Positions 14,477 to 27,309 of a stretch of DNA of 64,000 nt are shown piece by piece. A model generated the notes under the pieces. The model was not told the origin of the DNA and searched no databases. It worked only from the letters and a program-made list of their open reading frames with translations. Source of the DNA: Eledone cirrhosa (Eukaryota); the NCBI GenBank assembly GCA_964016885.1, contig OZ024762.1, positions 5,332,001 through 5,396,000 on the forward strand. Reading direction: 5' to 3'. Every line of letters starts with the position of its first letter. Position 1 is the stretch's first letter. Made by a program: the position numbers and the translations under genes.

Positions 14477-14624
14477 ACTTCCCTCTGCCCTCCCCCGCCG
14501 CCACAGTCTCTCTTGGTACATCACTCTGTCTTCCCCTCTCCTTCTCACACCGGTTATCACTCTCTCATTCACATTTACCCGCAAATTCACAAATACGTAC
14601 ACACACTCTCTCTGTCTCTCTCTC

Positions 14625-14674
<50 letters not shown>

Positions 14675-14805
14675 GATAAATCTACCAAGAGTTTACGGTA
14701 GTGTCCAATCCGTATGAAGAACTCAATGTATTCCGGATATCATGGAAAGAAGAGATGTAATGAAAATCCACTTTCGGTGAAAGATAAACGGTATACAGAG
14801 TCAAG

Positions 14806-15011
14806 ATAAAATATTAAACAAATAATGAACAAACAATTCCTTATATTAAACAAAAAAAGTTCACTATTTAACGATCGTTTCTAGGGCATATATGTGTTAT
14901 AATTGGTATGCATATTTAACCAATTATAACACATATATGCCCTAGAAACGATCGTTAAATAGTGAACTTTTTTTGTTTAATATAAGGAATTGTTTGTTCA
15001 TTATTTGTTTA

Positions 15012-15020
<9 letters not shown>
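14806..15020. repeat. Fold-back palindrome (about 102-bp arms, 11-nt spacer) containing GAAACGATCGTT
   Basis: 14806-14907 is the reverse complement of 14919-15020. Confidence 0.9.
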
Positions 15021-15045
<25 letters not shown>

Positions 15046-15113
15046 CGTAGGGCCCGGGTTGAGTCGGGGATAACCACAGTAAGTAAGGTACTCAATACAT
15101 GGCAGAGTAAAAT

Positions 15114-15250
15114 TTTTTTATTTTATAGAAGGAACTTCTACAGGACTAGTACTGTTTCATTCAGATGAAATCTTCAGGAAGCTTTCCTGAAGATTTCATC
15201 TGAATGAAACAGTACTAGTCCTGTAGAAGTTCCTTCTATAAAATAAAAAA
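15114..15250. repeat. Fold-back palindrome (about 67-bp arms) with hammerhead-like core
   Basis: Arms 15114-15180 and 15184-15250; CTGAAGA (15187) TTTCATCTGAAT GAAA C AGTACTA G TC. Confidence 0.85.
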
Positions 15251-15261
15251 ATAAAAAAATA

Positions 15262-15324
<63 letters not shown>

Positions 15325-15325
15325 T

Positions 15326-15483
15326 AGGGTGTGGTAAGATACCAGCTAGACCATAACCCACCAGAGTACTCGATACTTGGGGTAGTAGAGTGGGTAATAT
15401 GAACAGATTCAGAACCCCGACGGCAGAGCTCCGGCCGTTTCGACAGCTAGATCCGGAGCTCAGTCGTTAGGGTCCTGAATCTT
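15326..15483. mobile_element. Fold-back family A copy (divergent)
   Basis: GTGTGGTAAG..ACCAG..GACCATAAC..ACCAGAGTACTC..GGTAGTAGAGTGGGTAATA...CCCCGACGGCAGAGCTC. Confidence 0.8.
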
Positions 15484-16044
15484 TATATATATATATATAC
15501 ACACACGCACACTCGTTTTCTCCATCCACATATACAAACCCTAACTTGTGTCCCAGCAACAATCGGATATGGACCAGTCCTTCCTATCCAATGTCACGGT
15601 TTCACTTATGGACCAAATGGCTCTTCTCTCCCCTACTGTTTTAAAACCCGATTGGCTGTGGACGTTGCTTAAAGAAGGTTCTATGAAATCCCCCATAGAC
15701 CTCGCCGTCTTCCCTACTGTTTTTAAAACCCAAATAACTAAGTATTTTATTGAATGAAGGGTTTATAAAGTCTTTCGGTCCTCGCTGTCTTCCCCTATTG
15801 TTTAAAAAACCCCAAATAATTGAGAACTTTACTGAATGAAGATTTTATAAAGTTTCAACAGCTCCGCCCACCCTCAAAAGGGTCAAATCAGGTCTTCCAA
15901 CCCCTGTCTCCATCAGTTCCTAGTATTTATGTGTTTCCACTCGTTAGTTTCTTCAATGCCCCCCCCCCAGACACTGTAAGTTTCAGTATGGTAAGTTGGT
16001 TCATCCATGCCAATGTGGTGGTGATATGTTTCATATCAGGCCGC

Positions 16045-16570
16045 CGTGTTGTGGTCACTTTAACTGATGGTCAACTGTGGCTGGAGTGATGTTGGTACAA
16101 TGTGTTGTGGTCACTTTAACTGATGGTCAAGTGTGGCTGGAGTAATGCTGGTACAATGTGATGGTCACTCCAGCTCATGGTCAAGTGTGGCCGGAGTAAT
16201 GTTGGTACAATGTATATTGTGGCCACTCCAACTCATGGTCAAGTGTGGCTGGAGTGATGTTGGTACAATGTATATTGTGGTCACTCCAACTTATGGTCAA
16301 GTGTGGTTGGAGTAATGTTGGTACAATGTGATGGTCACTCCAACTCATGGTCAAGTGTGGTCGGAGTAATATTGGTACAATGTATATTGTTTTCACTCCA
16401 ACTCATGGTCAAGTGTGGTCGGAGTAATATTGGTACAATGTATATTGTGGTCACTCCAACTCATGGTCAAGTGTGGCTGGAGTGATGTTGGTACAATGTA
16501 TATTGTGGTCACTCCAACTCATGGTCAAGTGTGGCCGGAGTAATGTTGGTAGAATATACTCTGGTCACCA
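16045..16570. repeat. Minisatellite, 54-58 bp unit, about 9 copies
   Basis: Unit TGTGGTCACTCCAACTCATGGTCAAGTGTGGCTGGAGTAATGTTGGTACAATGTATAT. Confidence 0.92.
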
Positions 16571-16590
16571 CCACCACTCCATATATATAC

Positions 16591-16705
<115 letters not shown>

Positions 16706-16740
16706 TGAAGGAAACGCTCGTAAATCTATTAAATAATGGA

Positions 16741-17701
16741 CCGTATATGCCGGCGTACAAGTCGACTTTGGAGCCTAAAAATCTCTCCAAAACCAGGAGT
16801 CGACTTGTTCGCCGAATATAAAATATGAACCTTTACCACTGAGGGGTAAACAGAGAAACTGCCTGCCTAACACTCGTTGTACACCACTTTCCATATCTCT
16901 AGCAACCCACAACAATCTCATATTTATGAAGTCTATTTAACGAAGAGATCATAATAATATCAACGACTTGCCATAGCTCATAGGGTAGTTTACCATAGGT
17001 AGGTTACCATAGGTAGGTTACCATAGGTAGGTTACCATAGGTAGGTTACCATAGGTAGGTTACCATAGGTAGGTTTCCATAGATAGGTTACCATAGATAG
17101 GTTACCATAGGTAGGTTACCATAGGTAGGTTACCATAGGTAGGTTACCATAGGTAGGTTACCATAGGTAGGTTACCATAGATAGGTTACGATAGGTAGGT
17201 TACCATAGGTAGGTTACCATAGGTAGGTTACTATAGGTAGGTTACCATAGGTAGGTTACCATAGGTAGCTTACCATAGATAGGTTACCATAGGTAGGTTA
17301 CCATAGATAGGTAGGTTACCATAGGTAGGTTACCATAGGTAGGTTACCATAGGTAGGTTACCATAGGTAGGTTACCATAGATAGGTTACCATAGGTAAGT
17401 TACCATAGATAGGTTACCATAGGTAGGTTACCATAGGTAGGTTACCATAGGTAGGTTTCCATAGATAGGTTACCATAGGTAGGTTACCATAGGTAGGCTG
17501 GTTTACTCAGTGAGTTAGAACTCACTTGGGGCAGCAGTGTTTTAGTATGAGAGCCTTCTTTTGAATTATTTCTCCTGCAACTGCCTTATTTTTGGGGCGT
17601 CATCGTCTTATCCGGCAAATATAGACCTAAATCTGAATTACACCATAAAAACGTAAGGGTCGATCTATGCGCCGGATCGACTTGGACGCCGGTATATACG
17701 G
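16741..17701. mobile_element. Non-autonomous pogo/Tc2-like DNA transposon
   Basis: TIRs CCGTATATGCCGGCGTACAAGTCGA (16741-16765) and TCGACTTGGACGCCGGTATATACGG (17677-17701), 23/25 match; TA on the right flank. Confidence 0.75.
16980..17497. repeat. 14-bp tandem repeat (CCATAGGTAGGTTA)n
   Basis: Visible in sequence, about 36 units. Confidence 0.95.
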
Positions 17702-17725
17702 TAATTAAATCCTCGTTATAGTGTT

Positions 17726-17777
<52 letters not shown>

Positions 17778-18101
17778 AATAACGTTTCATTTACAATTTT
17801 AAAAAAATTAATTATTGACCTGTAACGTACGTTTCATAGATGATTGGCTCAAGGTCACCTACGGAAGCTATTAATGGGAACATCGACCTTCTCGTCAGGT
17901 TGAATCACCAAGTATGGCGAGCAGATGGGATGCTGGAGTCAGATCTATAGCTTCCATAGGTGACCTTCAGCCAATCTGTGACACGTCGATAATCAATAAA
18001 AACATGTAAACGAAACTTCATCGTTTGTTTTCTTAATATATACAATCGGCCAGTGCATCGAATACTCATATTGATATCACCATTCACTGCACCACATTTT
18101 T

Positions 18102-18178
<77 letters not shown>

Positions 18179-18180
<2 letters not shown>

Positions 18181-18435
18181 CGAAGGAAAAGTGGTAAGGA
18201 ACCAGGTGGACCATAACGCACCAAAGTACTCAATACTTAGGGTAGTAGAGTGGGTAATAGGAACGAGTAGGACCCCGACGGCTGAGCTCAAGCCGTTTCG
18301 AGGTCAGAATTAGCCGTCGAAACGGCTTGAGCTCAGCCGTCGGGGTCCTACTCGTTCCTATTACCCACTCTACTACCCTAAGTATTGAGTACTTTGGTGC
18401 GTTATGGTCCACCTGGTTCCTTACCACATTTCCTT

Positions 18436-18439
<4 letters not shown>
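18179..18439. mobile_element. Fold-back family A, near-perfect palindrome (about 123-bp arms) in (TA)n
   Basis: 18179-18301 is the reverse complement of 18317-18439. Confidence 0.92.
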
Positions 18440-18502
<63 letters not shown>

Positions 18503-18692
18503 GTAATATAATGATTAAAAGTTTAATGAGGTTCAATGAATTCATCAATGAATAAAATTTCACAATAGATTAGAAGCACTCTACAGCAAGATTTTCTGGA
18601 GTTATTAATATAACTTCAAAATATTAATAAATATAGACTGCCATGACTAAATTATAACCATCAACATAGTCAAGGTATGTCAGGCATCAACT

Positions 18693-18758
18693 TATTTTAT
18701 CTGATGAGGACGTACTGTTGAAATAGCTCAGTACCTCTGAAATATGTATAATAAAATA
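18693..18758 (+). ncRNA. Type-I hammerhead ribozyme motif
   Basis: TATTTTAT-CTGATGA-GGACGTACTG..CAGTACCTCT-GAAA-T ATGT A-TA-ATAAAATA; 8-bp perfect stem I; flanked by inverted repeat 18613-18638/18776-18801. Confidence 0.8.
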
Positions 18759-19021
18759 TATTTGATCACATGAATGTCTATATTTATTAATATTTTGAAG
18801 TAATAATATGTAATCTATATATATTCGGTAGATAAGGGCGTAATTCAATTGAAGCACTCGACTTCATGTTACTTCTTCAAAATAAAAATGACGAAAGATA
18901 ATTAGAATGCGGAAAATGCGTAGTTGTAGATGTTAAAGAGCCTTTGTCAATAAAGCTGTGATACACATTTCAATGACTGTTGTGGCCACTTGATTATTTT
19001 ACAATTCTCGTGATCTCACAT

Positions 19022-19111
<90 letters not shown>

Positions 19112-19165
19112 GTGAGGTTTTTTTACAAAATGAAAAATAACCGAGGTGTCCTACACGAGAGAAAG

Positions 19166-19489
19166 TATAAAGAAAAAAAGATGAAATCGAAAATGCAACT
19201 GGAGTCTTATTTAAAAAAATATATATATATATTTATTTGGTTCCTTTACCGGTTTCGCAGTTCTTCTGCTTTTCAAAAGTAGAGTTAAGATGGAGGGTCT
19301 CTGGTTTTTCTCACATGTGAGAAAAACATGTGAGAAAAACTTGTGAGAAAAACCACAGACCCTCCATCTCAACTCTACTTTTGAAAAGCAGAAGAACTGC
19401 GAAACCGGTAAAGGAACCAAATAAATATATATATATTTTTTAAAATAAGACTCCAGTTACATTTTCGATTTCATCTTTTTTTCTTTATA
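19166..19489. repeat. Fold-back palindrome (about 150-bp arms) with variant hammerhead core
   Basis: Arms visibly complementary; CTT-TTGAAAA-GCAG AAGAA CTGC-GAAA-CCGG-TA-AAG at 19378-19413. Confidence 0.85.
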
Positions 19490-19582
19490 TATATATGTAT
19501 ATATATATAAGAAAATACTTCACCTCTTTCCCTCGGGATATATTATTAGTCAAACAACGTAACGCAAGAGGCATTCCTAATT

Positions 19583-19676
19583 ATCCTTACTGTGGTTTCA
19601 AAACATAAGAATAATGGAGACCATTCCAATAGATTTATATGGCTACCATTAATAGAAGGGTTTATCATCAGAGGAT
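19583..19676 (-). ncRNA. Type-I hammerhead ribozyme motif with long interrupted stem II
   Basis: Minus strand: ATCCT-CTGATGA-TAAAC...TAATGG...CCATTA...GTTTT-GAAA-C CACA G-TA-AGGAT. Confidence 0.65.
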
Positions 19677-19857
19677 TTTCTGTATGGTATAAGATAAATA
19701 AATAAATGCCCGTTAAGAGAAATTGTGTACATTTTTCATCGAACCCACATGGTACAAGAAATAATATTGCACGCATGCGTAAATCTACAAACGAGGTGAA
19801 TATTTGTACATACTGTAACCTGTCCCTCAATGATCTTGTATAAGATGTTCCATATAT

Positions 19858-20045
19858 CTATCTATCTATCTAGGGCGGGTAAAATTCCCGAGATAGCGGT
19901 CTCTGTCCCTCATTATCGCCGCCATGTCCTGCGTCTCCAACAGACCAGTGTCTGTCCTTAGGGCATCAACATATGTTAACCTCGGTCTTCCTCTTCCAGT
20001 GTTTCCATGTAGGGGCTCCCACAGGAACACTGAGTGCAGTGTCAA
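19858..20045 (-). mobile_element. RTE/RTEX-like LINE 3' end with (GATA)n tail
   Basis: [28 protein letters not shown]...MRDRD; a second copy is at 60127-60215 (+). Confidence 0.8.
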
Positions 20046-20176
20046 CTCTGCATATAATATATATATATATTTGCTTCTCTGGGTGAGATTATTTAAGCGA
20101 TCTCTTTTCATTGAGATGTTATGTATATTCGTGACAGATTTACTTATGTATGATACCCCCCACCCCACCCACCCCC

Positions 20177-20276
<100 letters not shown>

Positions 20277-20974
20277 TACATACAAATATATAGAGATGAG
20301 ATTTTGGTTTTACTTGATTAACATGTCTAAAGAGCAAATCGGGATGGAGTCGTGTCTATAACATGGATCCTGAGCCACTCATCTGTGAAACTTTGCTTAT
20401 GGTTTTTTTTACGTATTTGGATTCGATTTAATTTGATTGAAATAGTCAAATATTAGCGATCCTAGACTGATATGTAACACATACGATGAAACACCTGTCC
20501 GTGTTATGCAACAAATGATATTCCCTCTCTTCTGGATTGTGATGTTTTGAATAATAATTTTGTAAATTTCTATATATACTCGGCAAATTGTTACTCATGG
20601 AACCTAGAGTGGGACTACTACATCATTTACTAAATGACATAATTCCACTGTTGAGTAAAACACTGCTGTAAGTGGCTTCAGTTTCTTGTTACATAATCAA
20701 AATAATTGATTACACCAACTGAAACTGAATACTATAATCCCCCCCCCCTCTCTCTCTGGTACCGAGCGGCCACTCCTCAGTAGAGGTCTGCGTTTCATAC
20801 CACTCTCGCCTTGTGGCCAAGAAGTTTAGACCCACGTGTACATTGAACGATTCCTGCGCAACACTAAATATATTTGAACTTTCTTCTTTCTTCTTTCTTA
20901 TTTCCAATATAAAGCGTGAAACTAATAAGACTTTTTGTGCCTCTGTTTGTTGTTTGTCTCCTTGAACTATATGT

Positions 20975-21023
<49 letters not shown>

Positions 21024-21179
21024 TGTGTGTGGGGGGGATAAGTGAATAAATAACTTTCGACGTAGTTTCTGTAGTCAAAAATTCGGCAAAAGTTACTAAT
21101 TCAATTCAATTTTCAAATTCCATCGTGATGTACACACACACACACACACACATGCACACACACACACACATACACACAT

Positions 21180-21249
<70 letters not shown>

Positions 21250-21250
21250 G

Positions 21251-21346
<96 letters not shown>

Positions 21347-21498
21347 TGCAAAAAGTCAATAGAAACAACAAAGCAAGCAAATATTCAAGAAACAAACTAG
21401 TTTAATGCTTGATATAGTAGGAAAAGAGTCTTGATGTTTCGGACATTAGTTCTTCATCAAAACACATATGGGGTTAGTCAGACATTTGGGGTTATATA

Positions 21499-21681
21499 TA
21501 GTGAAATCCCGTTATAACGAAATTCATGGGAGTATAAAAATTCGTTGTAACGAAAAATTCTTTATAACGAGATCGACCGAAACAAATCGAGTGTTTGTTT
21601 ATTATTATTCCAGGGATTGAAAAATGTTCGTTATACTGAAAAATCATTATAATGGTATTCGTTATAACGGGATTTTACCTG
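21499..21681. mobile_element. Tigger/pogo-type MITE
   Basis: TIRs (T)AGTGAAATCCCGTTATAACGAA / TTCGTTATAACGGGATTTTACCTG, TA flanks, internal CGTTATAAC subrepeats. Confidence 0.8.
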
Positions 21682-21724
21682 TATATATGTATATATATAT
21701 ATATAAGCAATTATTTGAAAAATA

Positions 21725-21795
21725 AGTTCTGCCAAGATTTGTGCTCGGACAGTTGGATTCAGAGTCCAGAATGCAAACTATTGAATCATAGAATC
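21725..21795 (-). pseudogene. tRNA-Gln(CTG)-derived pseudogene, full length, mutated B box
   Basis: Minus strand GATTCTATGATTCAATAGTTTGCATTCTGGACTCTGAATCCAACTGTCCGAGCACAAATCTTGGCAGAAC aligns to metazoan tRNA-Gln GGTTCCATGGTGTAATGGTTAGCACTCTGGACTCTGAATCCAGCGATCCGAGTTCAAATCTCGGTGGAAC (from memory); partial inverted copy at 21799-21847. Confidence 0.8.
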
Positions 21796-21900
21796 GAATA
21801 GACTTTGGATTTTGAATCCAGCTATCGAAGTTCAAGTCTTGCTAGAATAAATAATTGTTTAAATAATTTTTTTTTTTTAAATTAAATTTATATGTATATG

Positions 21901-21974
<74 letters not shown>

Positions 21975-22187
21975 GCGTGAGCCCGAAATATTGGGATTAA
22001 ATCTCCACTACGGTAACCCTTCTACCTTTGTTTTGTTTTCATCTTTGTCTCTCTCAATTTTCACTTTCTCCTATTTCTCCTATCTATCATTCACTTCCTA
22101 CCTCGAGATTTCCCTCTGCATTGTTGTGGCTTTCTAAACTACGTATTTTACACATTTCACAATGCTTCAAGCAAACTTTAACACCCT

Positions 22188-22270
<83 letters not shown>

Positions 22271-22875
22271 CAGGTCACCAGTTGGTGCTACTGGTAACAT
22301 ATTTCCCAGTACAACCTGTCTCATGGTCGGGTCGTTGGCGACTAAACTTGCAACTCCACCAAGGTTTCTTGGTGAAGAGGGTGGCTTTGGACATCCTGCA
22401 GGACTAAAAACAAAACCTGTCAAAAGGCAAAGGGGCTCTTAAGAGTCAATAGCCATCCAAAATCACCGGGAGAGTTGACCCCTTAGCCTTTGTCAAGGCA
22501 GAATTCTAGGAGAAGGAAAACTCTGATATAACACCTGCAACCCTGATGGTATCCAATGATGTTGACTTGTTCTTCTTTTTGGTAAATATCATCTTGGTTA
22601 AGAGAGTGGGACTGGCTTTGTGCAGTGCCTTTGCTCACTATAAAAGCTTCACGGCACAGGCATTCCTTTATATCTGGAGATCTCTGCACTTGTCGTCACA
22701 TGGTAGCATGGGCCCAGCACTATGTGTCAATAATTGTCACAGGTGTAGTGTTTGTACCAGAGTTTTCAAGTCGCTGGCTGGACTAAAAAGTCACACTCGT
22801 TCAGCGCATCGATAAGGGTTCTCCTACATGGATATAAAGTAATGGCCGTACTCGAAAACGAGTTGGCAGCTACCA
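22271..22875 (+). mobile_element. Internally deleted non-autonomous RTE derivative (5' UTR plus C2H2 finger and 3' UTR)
   Basis: RTE-type 5' UTR motif (CTAGGAGAAGGAAAACTCTGA) followed by CSVCTRVFKSLAGLKSHTRSAHR* and a CTCG AAAA CGAG hairpin before (TA)n. Confidence 0.6.
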
Positions 22876-23123
22876 TATATATATATATATATATATATAT
22901 TAGTAAAAGGAAAAGAAAATGCTGACAAATTTTTCCCAGTGAAAAATAGTTTAATTAGGAATAAGTATAAATTAGTAATAAGTATTGATTAGTATTCAGT
23001 TTTAGTTTTAATTTTTCACAGGTTGCGCATTTCTAATGCTTTTCAAAAATAATTTTGAAATAGAGCGCTCGTGATGTTTGCTCTTACTAATATATCACAA
23101 CTCGTGTGTTACACCTCTATTTA

Positions 23124-23199
<76 letters not shown>

Positions 23200-24075
23200 A
23201 TGTATGTATATATATATATGTACGTATATATATATATATATGTAAAAAAGAAAATTTCGCTCGCGAATATATGTATCTATATATCTTTAATGCGAAGAAA
23301 TACCAATGACGGTTGGAAGATCACTGATGAAGGACTAATTTTATTCACATATATGTATATATGTGTCTATATTGTATCTGTATTTTTGACCGTTGGTCAG
23401 TCAATGGCAACATTGAGGACCGAATAAATTAAATTAACGGATATAAAAGACACAGAAGCGAAAACCGACCAAACAGTGAGTGTGTTCTGTTATTAATTCT
23501 GGCAATATTATTACAACAATATGAACCTCCCCAAGTATAACAATATTTGTTTCGACACACGATTTCATATCAAAAACCTTGCAAAACTAATATATATATA
23601 TATATTATATATATGCGTGTGAGTGTGTGTGTGTGCGTGTGCGTGTGTGTGCGTGTGTGTGCGTCTGCGTGTGCGCGTGTGTGTGTGTGTGCGTGTGCGT
23701 GTGCGTGTGCGTGTGTGTGCGTGTGTGTATGTGTGCGTGTGTGTGTGTGTGTGTATGTATGTGTGTATATATATATATTGAGGAAGAGAGAGGGGGGTGA
23801 TACGAATATATATAGATAAGTGGGAGAAGCAAAGAAAGAAGGGAAAGAAAAGAGAAAGTAGTGTTGGTGGGGAGTGTGAGAAAGGGAGGGGGGAGAAAGA
23901 GAGAGGAGGGGGAGGGGATAAACAAACAGATTATAGAGATAGGCGATTAAATTAATGGATTAAAGAGACGTTGACTGGAGGGATAAGTGAGGTATGGGTG
24001 GAGGAGGGGTGGAAGAGGGGGAGTTGTTAAGCTTGAATAGAGTGAGAATTGGGCTGCAAGAAAAACAGCTTGTTT

Positions 24076-24134
<59 letters not shown>

Positions 24135-24193
24135 ATCTCAATAAATATAATGAAACGCCTCCTCCATAATTATATATATGTATAAAGGATGAC

Positions 24194-24263
<70 letters not shown>

Positions 24264-24461
24264 CTTCAGTATTGGATTGGTAAATTATTTGTTTGATCGA
24301 TCTCGGAAGAATGAAAGGCCAGGATGACCTCGGCGAGATTTGAACACAGAGATGCGGAAGGAAGGCAGTAAAATATTCTGTGATGTTCTTAACGACTTCG
24401 CCATTTGGCAGCCTCTAGTTAGAAGGTTTTATAGTAATGTGGGGAGGAGAAGGGAGGACAT

Positions 24462-24500
<39 letters not shown>

Positions 24501-24939
24501 AAAACGATTGATGTGGGAGAAAGAGAGTGTGTGTGATTGCGGGAGGGGAGTTGGAGAAAGAGGAAGAGCATGAGTGAGAGATAGAGTGAGTGTGTGAGAG
24601 AGAAGAGTATTAGAGAGAGGGTGAGAGAGAAGAAGAGCATGCGAGAGGGAGTGAAAGTGTGAGAGAAAGAGTAGAAGAGAGAGGGGAGAGAAAGGGAAAG
24701 AAAGGATGAGAGTGGAATAGAGAAATGGAGGGGGAAGGAGAGAAAAGGAGAGAAACGGGGATAGAGAATGAGAGAGAGAGAATATGAGTAATGATCTGAA
24801 AGAGAGAGAGAGAGAGTGTGTGAGTGAGAGAGAAAGAGAGAGAGTGTGTGTGTGTGTGTGTGAGTGAGAGAGAAAGAGTGTGTGTGTGAGAGAAAGAGAG
24901 AGAGAGAGAAAGAGAGTGAGAGAAAGAGAGTAAAAAAAG

Positions 24940-25700
<761 letters not shown>

Positions 25701-25990
25701 GAGGTAGAAAGGGAAAGAGAGACAATGTAAGGGAAGGTGAATGAGAAAGACAGAGAGTGAAGTGAGAAATAAGGTTGAGTGAGAGTGCAGCCAGCTGTGA
25801 AATAGAGAGGGAGGGAGGGATAGATAAAAGGAGAAGGGTTAGGAAATAAAGATATAGAGAGAAAGAGAGAAGTGAGTGAAATATTGAATGATAGAGAGAG
25901 GGATAAGATGAGAGGGAGAGATAGGAAGTACAGAGAGAGGGAGAGAGAGAAAGATAGAGAAGTTTAAGTGTGAGTGTAACCAGCTGTGAA

Positions 25991-26052
<62 letters not shown>

Positions 26053-26534
26053 AAGGAGAAGAGTGAAGAAGTAAAGATATAGTAAGAAAAAGAGAGAGGT
26101 GTGAGTGAAATATTAAATGATAGAGAGAGGGATAATATGAGAGGGATAGATAAAAAGTAGAGAGAGAGAGAGTAGGAGAGAAAGAGATAGAGAAAAAGAG
26201 AGAGATGTGAATGGGATATTTAATGATATAATGATAGAGAGAGAGAGAGAGAGAGAGGAAGTACAGAGAGAGTAGGAGAGGAAGAGAAGTAAATTCAGAG
26301 AGAGAGAGAGAGAGAGAGTGAGAGAGAAAGGGGAAGTACAGAGAGAGTAGGAGAGGGCGAGATAGAGAAATAAGAGGAAGAGAAGTAAATTCAGAGAGAG
26401 AGAGAAATAAAGAGAGAGAGGGAGATATAAAAATAGAAAGGGACAAAATAGAGAAAATAAAGGAAAGTATTTGAGAGGAGTGAGAAGAGGTAGATAGTAG
26501 ACGTGGGGGGAGAAAGTATTGAATGGACCTCCGC

Positions 26535-26925
26535 CGTATTCAACGATGAGTATTCCAGTTGTTCATTCAATGGAACTGCGTGTTAAGTGGCTGAGTGCTC
26601 CACAGTCACGTGTACTGTTAACGTAATTCTCAGGAAGACTCAGTTTGATACACTCTGTGATAAGACTGATCCTGTGAATTATGGGTACAGTCCATATCGT
26701 ATCGTAATGTAGGTAGTTGAGTATGACATAAACACGAGTAACCCTTAACGTATTTCTCAGGGAGATTCAGCATGACCCGGGTTTCAGTTTCATTCACAAG
26801 GCATAGGGGTCGACGATCCGAATCTATAGTAAATAAACACTTGCCCGGCATGCCATGTTGTGGTATCGAACACGGGGTGTAAAGATTGCGAAGCGAACTT
26901 CTTACCCAGTCGGCCAAACTGCGTC
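26535..26925. mobile_element. Degenerate SINE fragments (tRNA-head/CORE-like part on minus strand at 26790-26925)
   Basis: Minus-strand A/B-box-like head and GGGCAAGTG CORE-like motif; locally duplicated CCCTTAACGTA.TTCTCAGG. Confidence 0.5.
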
Positions 26926-27309
26926 GTCAGAGGAAGAAGTGTCGAGTGAATGAATGGCAGATGCGACAAGAGAAAGTGGCGGTGGTGGCGGTGGTAGTGG
27001 GGGGGGGGGGCAGAAGGAGCTGGAGGAAAGGGAGAGGGGAAAGGATGTTTAACGATAATCAGTGATCAATAGGGGACGAAGGAGAGGAGGAAGAGGAGAA
27101 GGGAGGGAGGAAGTAGGGTGCGGATAGTAAGAGAGAAAAAGACAGAGAGATAGCGAGCGAGAGAGTGAAAGAGAGTCAGGGAGAGAGGGAGTGTTTAAAA
27201 ACATGTGTTTGTAAGGGAGGGGGTGAAACTTAAAAAGGATGAGTAAATGACGGGAAAAAGTGTTTAAAAGGAAAAAAATACAGAAATAGAGAGAGAAAAG
27301 AAACATAAA

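Noticed and set aside
16980-17497. Interstitial telomeric repeat
   Set aside because: The unit is a 14-mer with TAGG/GGTTA words but is not (TTAGGG)n or (TTAGG)n.
21725-21795. Functional tRNA-Gln gene
   Set aside because: T-loop/B box mutated (GCAC for GTTC), and D and T stems disrupted.
23324-23345. CTGATGAAGGAC motif
   Set aside because: No matching stem II 3' strand or GAAA downstream.
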